NCBI RefSeq assembly: GCF_041146345.1
Contig: NW_027191417.1
Span: 1,426,001 to 1,490,000, forward strand
Source: Neodothiora populina
Lineage: Eukaryota
Direction of reading: 5' to 3'
DNA length: 64,000 nt
Shown here: positions 24,133-35,000 of the stretch, piece by piece
Numbering within the stretch: position 1 is the stretch's first letter
Layout of the letters: each line of letters opens with the position of its first letter
The notes under the pieces: generated by a model
Database searches by the model: none
Seen by the model: only the letters and a program-made list of their open reading frames with translations
Told to the model about the DNA's origin: nothing
Made by a program: the position numbers and the translations under genes

Positions 24133-27100
24133 ATGAGGACGCGCGCCATGGTAGGTGCGGTGGATACCGCCCTCATCACGGCAGCTTTTGGTGTTCCAGA
24201 GCCCACTCTGGACCAGCTTCTGGACGCGCCGACCCAAGATCTCATCAAGGATTTCCTGACTGCTCTGACCGACAAAGCCAAGGAGTTTGACACTCTCAAG
24301 GCCGACAAACTACGCTCTGATGTCGAATTGGAGAACACTGTCCGGAGCAGCGAGTCGCGCGTCAAGAGTCTCAAGGCAACCGTGAACAAGGGTCTACAAG
24401 AGATCGAGGAATTGCGCAAGAAACTTGACGAGCAGGAGAATGCGCGCGCCGAGTTACAGACAGAACTCGCCTCGCTGAATGCTTCGTCCACCGATTCATC
24501 TACGGAACTCGACACCTTGCGAGCAAGAGTCGCCTCTTTGGAAGCCTCGAATCGCGAAACGCTATCTGTGCTCGAGTCAAAGTCGACCTCCCACGACAAA
24601 CTTGCCGAAGAGCTTGCCACGCAACACCAGAAGGTCATCTCTCTGCGCCGCGACATTTCCGCTCTGGAGGACAAGAACCAGACCCTGGAGAATGCCGCGT
24701 CTGCGGCCAAATTCAAGGAGCAGTCACTCCAGCAAGAAGTCGACCTGCTCAAGCGCAACAACGAATGGCAGGACAATGAACTCAAGACACGCGCTGCAGA
24801 ACAGACCAAGTTCCGTAAAGAGAAGAACGCTAGGATTTCCGAACTGCAACGCGCCAATGAAGATGCGAACACGACCATTGAGACCATGAAACGCACCGAG
24901 GCCGCTCTTCGCCAGCGTCTCGAACAGCTCGGTCAAAAGGCAGAGGACGCCTTTGCTAAGATCCAACAGATGCAAGAGGGTGCTTCCAAGGCCGAGGAAT
25001 CCTTCCGCGTCGAACTGGACAGTGCTCGCCGTCTCGCCGACCTCCAGAAACAGAGTGCGGACACGGCAAAAGCGAGACTGCAAGATCTACAGGACACCAT
25101 CGACCAGATCAAGGACAGCGCTGCGGACGAGGTGGGTCAGTTGCAAGCCGAGGTCGAGACGGAGAGGACTCACCGGGAGGCTGTTGAGCAAAAGCTAGCC
25201 GAACTCGAGCTTGAGGTGGAGCAGTTACAACAAGCAGCGCCGTCTCACCCCGTTGAACCTTCACTGCCCGCCACACCTAGACGCAGTATGAATGGTATGC
25301 TGGCCGGAACACCTGGCCGAGCTGGTTCACCTTTTGGCACTCCGGCTACCATCCGCGCCAAGGGCAATTTGACCTTCACTCAACTTTACAGCGAATATAG
25401 CACCGTCAAGTCCCAGCTTGAGGTCGAGAAACGCAGGAACTTCCAACTCAGCTCCGAGCTTGACGAGATGATTCGTGACCTCGAGAACAGAGGCCCAGAG
25501 CAAGAAGAGTTGCGTCAAGAGAAGGAACGAGTCGAGGCCGAGATTGTCGATATGTCTTCGATGCTGGACGCTGTTACCGCTGAACGCGACGAGGCTCGTA
25601 AGGAGGCTCGCACGCTCAGTGGCCAATTCGATGGCCTCACGAGAGAGGGTGACATCTTGCGTCAACAACTTCGTGACCTCAGTGCACAGATCAAAATCCT
25701 GCTTGTGGAGATGCAAGCGCGGGATCAAGGCCTCGAGTCGCTCGATGCCGCTGCTCAGGTGCAGCTTCAGATGCTCGCCAACGGCGAGCTCGATGACAAT
25801 TCTGCCGGTGATGAGACCTCTGCAGGCGCGCTGATCAGCCAGAGACTGCTCCTGTTCCGCAATATCAGCGAGCTCCAGGATCAGAATGTGCAGCTGTTGA
25901 AACTCAACAGGGGTCTTGCTGACAGGATGGAAGGTCAAGCAGCCAAGGAACGCGAAGCCGAGCAGGAGTCTGCCCTACAGGAGCTAGATGAACTCAGAGA
26001 CCGCGTGCAGAGACATCAAGACGAGATCAAATCGATGACTACACAGACCGAGAGTATTATTCGGGAACGTGACATGTTCAGACGAATGTTGTCTCACCGA
26101 GGTCAATTGCCTCCTGGAGCCGATGTACAGTCGATGTTTGGACAATCCATGGACGGCCGTGCCGGAACCCCATCTACACCCCAAAGGCCAGGCGCATCGA
26201 TGAACGTCGAGCAGACGCCGCACTCCAAGGAACTCTCGGACTATTCAAGACTACTCAAGGACATGCAGAGCCACTTCGACGCATATCGCCAGGAAGCAGC
26301 CACGGATCATGGCACCTTGAAGAAACAGGTCGACAGCCTTGCAAGAGAGAAGAGCGAGCTGCAGGGCGAGATTGCTCGTACGCACGGTCAGATTTCACTT
26401 GCGCATGAACGTTATGAAATGCTTCAAGCCAACTACGGAATGCTCAAGACGGAGAATGGAGAGCTCCAGAAGCGTTCGCAATCGCTAGCTGAAATGGCTG
26501 CTAAGCAAGATCTACGCACGCAACAGGTCGCCGAGGAGCTCGTCGAGGCTCGCGCTCTTGCTGACAGCATGCGTACCGACACCGCAAATCTCAAAGCGGA
26601 ACGTGAACTGTGGAAGAAGATCGAGTCTCGTTTGACCGAGGACAACCGGGCATTGATGGATGAAAAGAGTCGCCTGAACAAGATGACCGCCGATCTCCAA
26701 TCGCTACAGAACGAGCGCGAGTTGGCCGAGTCCGAGACTAGACGCAGACTACAGAGCAGAGTCGAGACTCTAGAATCGGAGCTGGACTCGACCAAGAAGA
26801 AGCTTGAGGCTGAGATTGACGAAGCAAGGAAGGCTGCTCTTCGCCGCGAATATGACCAGGACCAGAGCCGAACAAGAATCGACGACCTTGTCAAGAGTCT
26901 GTCCAACGTACGTGAGGAGCTGGTTGCTGCAAAGACTACCCGCGATCAGCTTCAGACCAGAGTTGAAGAGCTCAAGATTGATCTTCGTACTGCGGAAGAG
27001 CGCGCGCAAGCTCTACAGCCCCGACCCACCCCCAGAGCCGAGAACGACCAAAGTACCGAAGAACATGGAGACGGTGACGAGAACGCACTGTCACGAGAAC

Positions 27101-30100
27101 AAGAACTCGCACTTGAGGTCACTGATCTCAAGCGTGATCTTGATCTGACTCGGGGTGAACTGGAGAACGCCAAGTCCCAAGTGGAGCAATACAAAGCCAT
27201 CAGCCAGGCCTCGGAGGAGGAGCTGCAAAGCATTAACGACACGAACGATCAATACCGTGAAGAAATGGACCGTATCATTTCCGAGAAGGATGAGAAGATC
27301 CAAGATCTGGAGCATCGTCTACAGGAACTTGCCGACGAGTTGTCCACCACCAACACCGAACTTTCCACTCTTCGCACTCAGCACGAAGAGAACGAGATTC
27401 GTCTGGAGGAGCAAAAGGCGATGCTCGAATCTGAGATTGCTCGTCTGCGAGATGACTCTGAGCGGTATGCAGAAACGGCAAAACTTCATCAAGAGGACCT
27501 CAAAGCACAGGCCGAGATCGCGCAGCAGGCTCAGCAAAGCTACGAGGATGAACTCGTCAAGCACGCAGACGCAGCAAAGAACTTGCAGGCTGTGCGAACA
27601 GAATACAACCAACTTCGGACAGAGGTCGCCGCTATCAAGGCTGAGGCCGAGGCTTCGAAGACTAGTCTGTTGCAGAGCGAGGAGAACTGGTCTGAAGTGC
27701 GCGAACGTTATGAGCGAGAATTGACCGAGCTTCGACTGAGTCGAGAGGACATGAAGTCACAGAACAAGCTGCTACACGAACAGCTTGAGTCCGTCAGCTC
27801 CCAGATCTCTACGTTGCAGCAGAAGAAGACCTCAACCAACGATGACGAAGACAATGCTCCTGCCGGCTCGGAGTTTGAGAACCTCCAGGAGGTTATCAAA
27901 TACCTAAGGCGCGAGAAGGAAATTGTGGACGTGCAATACGAATTGTCGGTCCAGGAGGGTAGACGGCTCCGCCAGCAACTCGAATATGCCCAGTCACAGC
28001 TCGACGAGGCTCGCCATAAACTCAGCGAAGAACGCCAGGACCAGGCGGACAAGGAGGTCAATGCTGCCAGCCATACCAAATTGATGCAGACCATCAATGA
28101 ACTAAACCTCTTCCGCGAAAGTAGTACTACTCTTCGTCACGAGGCCAGACAAGCTCAAGCACAACTCGCCGAGAAGATCAAGGAAGTTGAAGCTTTGACT
28201 GCACAGATACAGCCACTTCAGGACCGCACGAACGAGGTCGAGGGCGAGCTGGAGACTAAAGAGGGTGAACTCAAGCTCATGCAGGAGGATCGTGACAGAT
28301 GGCGAGAGAGGACTCAGAACATCATCTCCAAGTATGATCGTGTCGACCCTGCGGAGATGGAGGCTCTTAAGACTCAAATCACCGACTTGAGCTCAGAGCG
28401 CGACCAGCTGAACGAAGAAAAGAAGCAACTTCAAGAGCAAATCGATGCAATCCCTGGACAAATCGAGGAAGTGAAGTCGCAATCTGAAAAGGCATGGCAG
28501 GAGCAGAAGACCAAGTTCATCGAACAGGCCAAGGGTAGGTCTCGTGAGCAGGCTGGCAAAATTAGAGAATTGAACCAGCAACTCACCGACTTGCGTGCCG
28601 AGCACGACGCTCTGGTTCAAGAAGTCGCACAGACGAAGAAAGCTCTCGATGCCGCGCAAAGCGAGCGAGATGAGGCTGTTGCCAAGGCAGATGCTGTCGA
28701 AGCACAGCAGGCCGAACGTAATGACGACAATGAAGAAGGTCAGGTCGATGAGATGCAAGTGGACAACAACGCGGCAACTGCTGCACAGCTCGAAGCGACT
28801 GAAGCAAAAGCGGCTGAGGAAGCTGCTAGGGCCGAAGAACTAAGCAATGAGGTTCAGACACTGCAAGCTCGAGTCCAGGGGTTGGAGAACCAGATTGTGA
28901 GTCTTATGAACCTCTCATCGAGAGAATACGACACTAACCAAAGGCAGAACTCACTCCAGCAAAGCCTCGAGTCAAGCAATGCTAGTCTCACTGAATTGCA
29001 GAACCAACCTCAGCCTGAGACTGCTTCTGCACCCAGTGACGGGGACGCGGAGCACCTCGAGAGCTTAAAAGAGAATCTTGCGACTGCACAGCAGGAGATT
29101 GAAGCTTTGAAGGCCGCCGCTGTTACTGTTGCTGCCAGTGGCGTCGTTGCCACAACTACATCGATGGAGCCCGAAAACGCCCCATCGGACAATGCTGAAC
29201 GGGGCAAGTCTGTGGCCGACCAAGTCGCTGAGCAGGTGCAGGCATTCAAAGAAGAATTGCAAGCTCAACATGAGCTCAGCAAGAAGGGACTCGACGAGGC
29301 CTTCAGCCAAAAGGTTGCTGACATGAAGAAGAAACTGAACGACAAATTCAAGGAAATGAAGGAGAAGTTCAAGGAAGAAGGCCGTAACGAAGCTATTGCT
29401 AAGCACTCTGAAGAGTTGCAGAAGCTGCGGGCTGAGCATGAGGCTGCTGTCCAAAGGCTCAAGGAAGAGCACCAAGCAGTGGTCGAGCGTCTTACTAAGG
29501 AAGGCCAGGCCGCCATGGAGAAGGCCCAATCACAGCAGACGAAGGCTGAGGGTGTCGAGACTAAGCAGGAAGAACAAGCGTCTGAGAAACCCAGCGAACC
29601 TGCTAGCACTACTGCACTCGACGTGTCTCAACTTACGTTTACTGATCAGCAAGCCCGCGAGCTTGTGGGAAAGAACGCCATCATCCGGAACATCGTCTCT
29701 AATAACATACGAAACAAGATCAGCGCCGAAGCTGCAAGGTTAAAGGAGGAACACGAAAAAGCGATGCAGGAGAAGCTGGAGGCTGTGCAAAAAGAGAAGA
29801 AAGAGGCGTTGCAGCAGGGTATTGAAGAAGCTAAAAAGGCGAACGAAGGAGCGGTACAAGAGAAGACTGAAGAAGCCAAGAAAGAGCGCGAGCAGGCGAT
29901 TGCGAAGGCAGTGGCCATGGAGACGATGAAGCAGAAGGCCAAGCTCGGCATGGCTGAAGGTCAAACTAGGACAGCAAAGGCCAAGCTGGATGTGGTAGAG
30001 AAGGCGGCAATGGAGACACCACAGAAGCCTGTTGTTGAGGTCTGGGAGATTGCCAAAGTCACGAGGGCTCCTCCACCAACTCCAGCACAAGCACCGAAGC

Positions 30101-30978
30101 CTGCGCAAAATGCGCCTCAGGGCGGAGCAGCATCGCCAGTCAAGCCTGGTGCTAATGGCTTTCAGTCACCAAGTGTCCAATCGCCAAAGCCTCCTACGCC
30201 AGCCGCTCCGATACAACAGCAACAGCCGGTTGCAGTAGCATCCCAGCAGCAGGAAGCGGGACAGGACAAGATGCAAGCAAGACTTCAGAAGTTTGGCGCA
30301 CCCTCAGTCCCAGCCACGACCTTCGGCCAGCCAAGCTTTGCACCCGGTCAACTGGCTCCAGCAGAGGCACCATCACCGTTCCAGCCTCAACCAGCAGCAC
30401 AGGTTGCCCAGCCAATCCCACAGACGGCTCAAAGTGGTCCCTTGGCTCAGCCAGCACGTAGACCTAGCGCTCAAATGCCCAACCAAGGAGACGGTGCTCC
30501 CGCCCAAGCAAGACCCACAACCGGACTCCCAGTCGCTAGAGGCGGATTTGGGACAGGCATTCCCCGAGGTGGCAGTAGCATGCTACCCCGAGGCGGTGCT
30601 TCATTCCGCGGTGGCGCGCGAGGCGGCGGTATTGCCGGCGGCCCGCAACAGCAGCCCGGCCAGCAGAACATGTCCATCCAAGGCGCCGCAAACGCACGAG
30701 GTGGAGGTGCGCTTTCTGGTCTACCGCGTGGCGGAGGCGGCATCGGAAGAGGCGGCCGTGGTGGTGCACGAGGTGGCGCAGCAGCAGCAGCAGCAGCAGC
30801 AGCAGGTAGCCCACCTGGAGCCGCAGCAGGCAACATGAACGCCGCCGCCAGACAATTCGTCCCGAACAGTGGTGCCCAGCAAGCGGGCAACAAGCGTCCT
30901 CACGAGGGAGGTGACGATGGCTCAGGCAAGAGGATCAGAGGTGGAGGTGGACCCGGTGGTGCCGCGGGAGGTTCATAG
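24133..30978 (+). CDS. MLP1: Nuclear basket coiled-coil nucleoporin Mlp1/Tpr/Nup211 family
   Basis: About 2270-aa coiled coil with LFRNISELQDQNVQLL, AQQSYEDELVKHA, YLRREKEIVDVQYEL, NELNLFRESSTTLR blocks; RGG-rich tail and bipartite NLS-like KRPH..KRIR. Probable 51-nt intron 28897-28947. Confidence 0.9.
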   Translation: MRTRAMVGAVDTALITAAFGVPEPTLDQLLDAPTQDLIKDFLTALTDKAKEFDTLKADKLRSDVELENTVRSSESRVKSLKATVNKGLQEIEELRKKLDEQENARAELQTELASLNASSTDSSTELDTLRARVASLEASNRETLSVLESKSTSHDKLAEELATQHQKVISLRRDISALEDKNQTLENAASAAKFKEQSLQQEVDLLKRNNEWQDNELKTRAAEQTKFRKEKNARISELQRANEDANTTIETMKRTEAALRQRLEQLGQKAEDAFAKIQQMQEGASKAEESFRVELDSARRLADLQKQSADTAKARLQDLQDTIDQIKDSAADEVGQLQAEVETERTHREAVEQKLAELELEVEQLQQAAPSHPVEPSLPATPRRSMNGMLAGTPGRAGSPFGTPATIRAKGNLTFTQLYSEYSTVKSQLEVEKRRNFQLSSELDEMIRDLENRGPEQEELRQEKERVEAEIVDMSSMLDAVTAERDEARKEARTLSGQFDGLTREGDILRQQLRDLSAQIKILLVEMQARDQGLESLDAAAQVQLQMLANGELDDNSAGDETSAGALISQRLLLFRNISELQDQNVQLLKLNRGLADRMEGQAAKEREAEQESALQELDELRDRVQRHQDEIKSMTTQTESIIRERDMFRRMLSHRGQLPPGADVQSMFGQSMDGRAGTPSTPQRPGASMNVEQTPHSKELSDYSRLLKDMQSHFDAYRQEAATDHGTLKKQVDSLAREKSELQGEIARTHGQISLAHERYEMLQANYGMLKTENGELQKRSQSLAEMAAKQDLRTQQVAEELVEARALADSMRTDTANLKAERELWKKIESRLTEDNRALMDEKSRLNKMTADLQSLQNERELAESETRRRLQSRVETLESELDSTKKKLEAEIDEARKAALRREYDQDQSRTRIDDLVKSLSNVREELVAAKTTRDQLQTRVEELKIDLRTAEERAQALQPRPTPRAENDQSTEEHGDGDENALSREQELALEVTDLKRDLDLTRGELENAKSQVEQYKAISQASEEELQSINDTNDQYREEMDRIISEKDEKIQDLEHRLQELADELSTTNTELSTLRTQHEENEIRLEEQKAMLESEIARLRDDSERYAETAKLHQEDLKAQAEIAQQAQQSYEDELVKHADAAKNLQAVRTEYNQLRTEVAAIKAEAEASKTSLLQSEENWSEVRERYERELTELRLSREDMKSQNKLLHEQLESVSSQISTLQQKKTSTNDDEDNAPAGSEFENLQEVIKYLRREKEIVDVQYELSVQEGRRLRQQLEYAQSQLDEARHKLSEERQDQADKEVNAASHTKLMQTINELNLFRESSTTLRHEARQAQAQLAEKIKEVEALTAQIQPLQDRTNEVEGELETKEGELKLMQEDRDRWRERTQNIISKYDRVDPAEMEALKTQITDLSSERDQLNEEKKQLQEQIDAIPGQIEEVKSQSEKAWQEQKTKFIEQAKGRSREQAGKIRELNQQLTDLRAEHDALVQEVAQTKKALDAAQSERDEAVAKADAVEAQQAERNDDNEEGQVDEMQVDNNAATAAQLEATEAKAAEEAARAEELSNEVQTLQARVQGLENQIVSLMNLSSREYDTNQRQNSLQQSLESSNASLTELQNQPQPETASAPSDGDAEHLESLKENLATAQQEIEALKAAAVTVAASGVVATTTSMEPENAPSDNAERGKSVADQVAEQVQAFKEELQAQHELSKKGLDEAFSQKVADMKKKLNDKFKEMKEKFKEEGRNEAIAKHSEELQKLRAEHEAAVQRLKEEHQAVVERLTKEGQAAMEKAQSQQTKAEGVETKQEEQASEKPSEPASTTALDVSQLTFTDQQARELVGKNAIIRNIVSNNIRNKISAEAARLKEEHEKAMQEKLEAVQKEKKEALQQGIEEAKKANEGAVQEKTEEAKKEREQAIAKAVAMETMKQKAKLGMAEGQTRTAKAKLDVVEKAAMETPQKPVVEVWEIAKVTRAPPPTPAQAPKPAQNAPQGGAASPVKPGANGFQSPSVQSPKPPTPAAPIQQQQPVAVASQQQEAGQDKMQARLQKFGAPSVPATTFGQPSFAPGQLAPAEAPSPFQPQPAAQVAQPIPQTAQSGPLAQPARRPSAQMPNQGDGAPAQARPTTGLPVARGGFGTGIPRGGSSMLPRGGASFRGGARGGGIAGGPQQQPGQQNMSIQGAANARGGGALSGLPRGGGGIGRGGRGGARGGAAAAAAAAAGSPPGAAAGNMNAAARQFVPNSGAQQAGNKRPHEGGDDGSGKRIRGGGGPGGAAGGS

Positions 30979-31420
30979 AATGAGAGTGTGAAAGCAGAGG
31001 AGAAAAGAATGTGCAAGAAAAGGAGGGGATGACTCCGCTGGTCCCAGTATGCGACAGAGACGTGAGCAGACTGCTAGGAAACCAAGAATTCCGAAATGTG
31101 AAGAAGGAGGGTATGCAAATCGTAATCGAGGAGAAAAGACTAGTCAGTTGCTCAATCACTAGTCAGTAGTCATCGAACTTCACTAAAAAAAACCCCATTT
31201 TCCTTTTCTGTCTCATCTATCGTCCGTCCACTCTTTGCTCCATTGCGCCTTTCTCACAAGTACTGTACTGGTCAGTCTTGATCCGATCTACTTACACTGT
31301 CCACTCTGATCTAATCCTCTTGTGACCTTTCTTTGCTTTGGTTGATCCATGCAAACACTGGCATCATCAGGAAAGTGAACCACTGACCCACGAAGACCAC
31401 TACCTTCACTTCGTTTTATA

Positions 31421-31460
31421 CCTGTCCTGTCCTGTCCTGTCCTGTCCTGTCCTGTCCTGT
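31421..31460. repeat. (CCTGT)8 pentanucleotide microsatellite
   Basis: Eight perfect copies read directly in the intergenic region between convergent genes. Confidence 0.95.
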
Positions 31461-32093
31461 TCAGGAACGTAAGGTACCTTACAGTAATCATCGAGCTACC
31501 ATCACCTCCAGCAATCTCAATCTCAATCTCAAGGCAAAAAGACTCGTGATATTCAGTACAATACAATACCGATCTTCGTCACCATCCCCAGAACACATCT
31601 GTTGTTCCCAAAAGAAAGAAGAAGAAGAAAGAAGAGCTGTCTCCATGAAGATCCACTCGGTTATGTACTGTATATGAGCTGACAAATATGCTCATGCTGA
31701 AAATACGGCTGATACGCTATTACTATGCTGAGTGAGAAATGCTCGAATCCATTGCCCCTTGTTCGTCATAAGCATAATCCAATGGGAAAACTCCTGCTCC
31801 TTTTCTCTGTCTTTCTCTCTACTCGCGCTGAGGAAAAGACCAGAGGAAGACCAGAGGAAACGGAAACTACAAAAACACAATTGGGCAAAAGCCTCGACAA
31901 TCATAATCTAATTTCCTTTTTCGCTTTCCTTCTCGCTATCCAATGCCATGCATGCTAAAGAAAGGTATCAAGATATCGCTTAGCTAATTACAATCCTCGG
32001 GAAAAATTGACGAGAATAAAGACTGTTTTGGAAAAAAAAAGAGAACAAAATCTAAATGCCCTCTCGGGCACCGGCTGGACCCCACACGCTATC

Positions 32094-35000
32094 CTATCGC
32101 GCGATACTGAGTCTCCAGCGATCGACGAGATCCCGCTGACCCTGCTCGTACTGTGGCTCATCGAAATGTTGCAGCTGCTGCTGTTGCTGTTGTTGTGGCG
32201 CATATCCACCACCGTTCATTTGGTGTTGAAGGTGAGCACCGCCGAAGCCAGGGACGCCGTAGTTCTGCATCATATATGCGGAATTGTTGTTGTAGCCACC
32301 GTACATGCTCTGTTGCTGCTGTTGTTGCATGAGGCCGGCGTTTTGGTTCATGCCCACGTTCATGCCCATGCCCATGCCCATGCCGCCCATGCCTGCGTAG
32401 GCGGTAGGTTGTGCGAATTGGGGATACATGTTGTACATGGAGTTCTGCTGTTGCGGCACGGTGTGCATTCCCAGGCCCATACCCATACCCATGCCACCCA
32501 TTGGCATTCCCGTTCCTGATTGCATTTGAGGGTAGACTTGTTGCTGCTGCTGTTGAGGGTACTGTTGCTGTTGAGGATAACGCATCTGAGATTGGTATCC
32601 TTGCGCAGAGCTGGGCGCTTGAGCGGTAGCCAGACCATTGGGTGTGCTCTTGCTTGGGAACAAGCCAGGTCTAGGAGGCGGGTGATTGTATGAAGTTGAG
32701 CGTGCATTCTGCGCCATGAGCTTGCTCCGGGCTTCCTTCTCTGCCTTGCTGTTCTTACCGAGCAGCGAGTCGGGTGCGGCCTCGTGACTGAATCTACCGA
32801 TGCCAGAGTTGGCGCCGACAGGGTGTACAGCGAGAAGGTTTGCGAGCGAAACGGATGTACGCAGAGGTGGACGAACGGTACTGGCATCAGCCGACTCTGG
32901 GTTAGAAACATTCCTCTGCTCCTGGGACAGCCCGGCACGTTCTCTCTGTAGTCTTGCGCGTCTCTGGCCTAGTGTTTCGCCTTCGTGCTCCTGAGCATTG
33001 TCGGTCGTCACCGGCTTGACAGCAAGACTTTCTGCCGTGGGTTTGGGATCCGCGGGCTCGTCCTTGGCCTCATTCAGAGTGCCGAACTGGCCGAGAACAT
33101 CATCAGAAAAGACAGACATGCGCTTTGTTTCATCCTCGCCAGCGAGGTCGCCCAGAGCAGAGTTCAAGACTTGTTCTCGTCTGAGGCGCTTCAGCCGCTC
33201 GCCGAGCGTCTCGTTGGCGTGCTGGGCCTCGTCTTCGTCGTCGTCCGAGGGCAGAGGGATGTTTGCGGCGGCGAACTCGGCCTCCTGCTGCTGGCGAAGG
33301 AGCGCCTGCTGCTGCGCACGTATTCTGAGATGGTGATCGGGACTGATACCGCGAAGTCGATTGCGTCTGCGAGCCAGGGGTTCGTTGTCTTCGAGCTCTC
33401 GTCTCTCCATCAGTCCAAGAGGCTTGTTCCAGTCGTTGGCCTGCTTCTGCCCTGCCCTGCCACGGTTGACGAGACCATTGCGTTCGGGGAACAGGACGCC
33501 GAGAGGGACGTCTTCGTCCTCTTCTTCTTCTTGCTGGTCTTGCTCCTGCAGGAGCGGATCTTCCCACGCGAGGCGAGTTCTCTGTTTCTGCTTCTTGGAC
33601 CTTTCGATCTGCGCGACGGCGTCCATCTGCAGAAGTGTGCTGTGCATACCGTTAGGGCCGACGTCGAAAGCGGTTCGGTTGCGAGTCTTCTGCTGGGCTT
33701 TGCGGGCTTGCAGTTCGGCGAGGAGGGTGGTGGGTTGGGCAAAGAAAGGATATTTCTCTTCGAATTGCCGCTCTTCGTAGTCCTCTTCGTCTGCTCCGGC
33801 GTCCTGGTCGCCGCCATTGGCAGAAGAGCGCAGAGCGGCGATGTCCCGTTGACGCGCAGCAGCGTGGGCCTCGAGCTCGGCTTCGGTGACTGGCTCGTCT
33901 GCAGCAGGACCATCTTCTACTCTGGCCAAGCCGAGGTCGGTGGCCAGACTCAACCTGCTGTTTCTCTTCTTCAGCTTGTTTCCGCCGGGATTGCCCAGGT
34001 CGGTCAACATGCTGACGATGCTGTTCCGCTTCTGCAGTGGAGCTCCGACAGTGGCACTCGTGGACCGCTTGTGCTGCTGTTCAGGCATGGGCTGTGAATT
34101 GGCGGCGTCGGCGGACTTGGCAAAGTCAATAAGAGTAGAACTCCTGCGATTAGTCGGCGGCGACTTTGCATAGACCTCGGCGCCGACAGGACCGGCGAAG
34201 GGATGGTCAGTGAAGACGTTGACGGGGGCATTGACCGAGGCGGCAAGGATACCGTCGAGGGTGGCACCGGCCGACTCTCTGACCTTGACGTCGTGCTGGA
34301 CAGAAGGCGGATCGAAGAAGACAGAAGCGCGCAGCTGAGGCGGCAGATTGGCCATGTTCATCCTGCTCAGGCGGGGGTCCATGTAGCTCTGTCTCTGCTT
34401 CAGCGGTGGTGCGGAGTGCAGAGGCGAGTGCACGTCGGCGTCTTCCGCCTCTTCTTGATGCTCAGGGTGTTCGTTCGGTGACTGCGGGTGCGAATGCTGG
34501 CCCTCGTGTTCGTGTTCGAAGTCGAGAGCGGGAAGCCAGGCCACACTCCTTCTTTCTTCGGCGGCGGGTGGAGGAGCAGCAGCGGGAGCGGACGGCATAT
34601 ACGAGTGACGCTGAGGGTTGATCTTGGCGGCAGGGAGTTGGGACAAACGCTTGGGCAGATTCAGCATTCGCGGGACGGGGGCAGGATAGAAGGTCATGTT
34701 CTCTCCGGGAGGAGGGTGGGCGTATGACATTGGACGGCCGCCCATGGTCATGCGGGACATTCGGGACATCCTGCTCTGCTGTTGCTGCTGCTGATGATGT
34801 TGCTGACGCTCGACCTGTTCCCTGTACTCTTCCGACGTCAGACGGTTGACCTCGTTGCCCTCGTCGTCGTACTCGACGAAGTTTTCCGTAGTGGGAGAGA
34901 AGTGCACGCCGTCAAAGTCTCGGAAGAGGGAGCGGGCCTGGCGGTAGGTGTCGGGGGTGCCGGAGCGGAAGTCTTCGAAGGGAGGGATGTAGTGCAGGGC

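Noticed and set aside
32985..34097. 370-aa plus-strand ORF (also 34782-35666 and similar)
   Set aside because: Antisense shadow of the real minus-strand CDS; no recognisable motifs.
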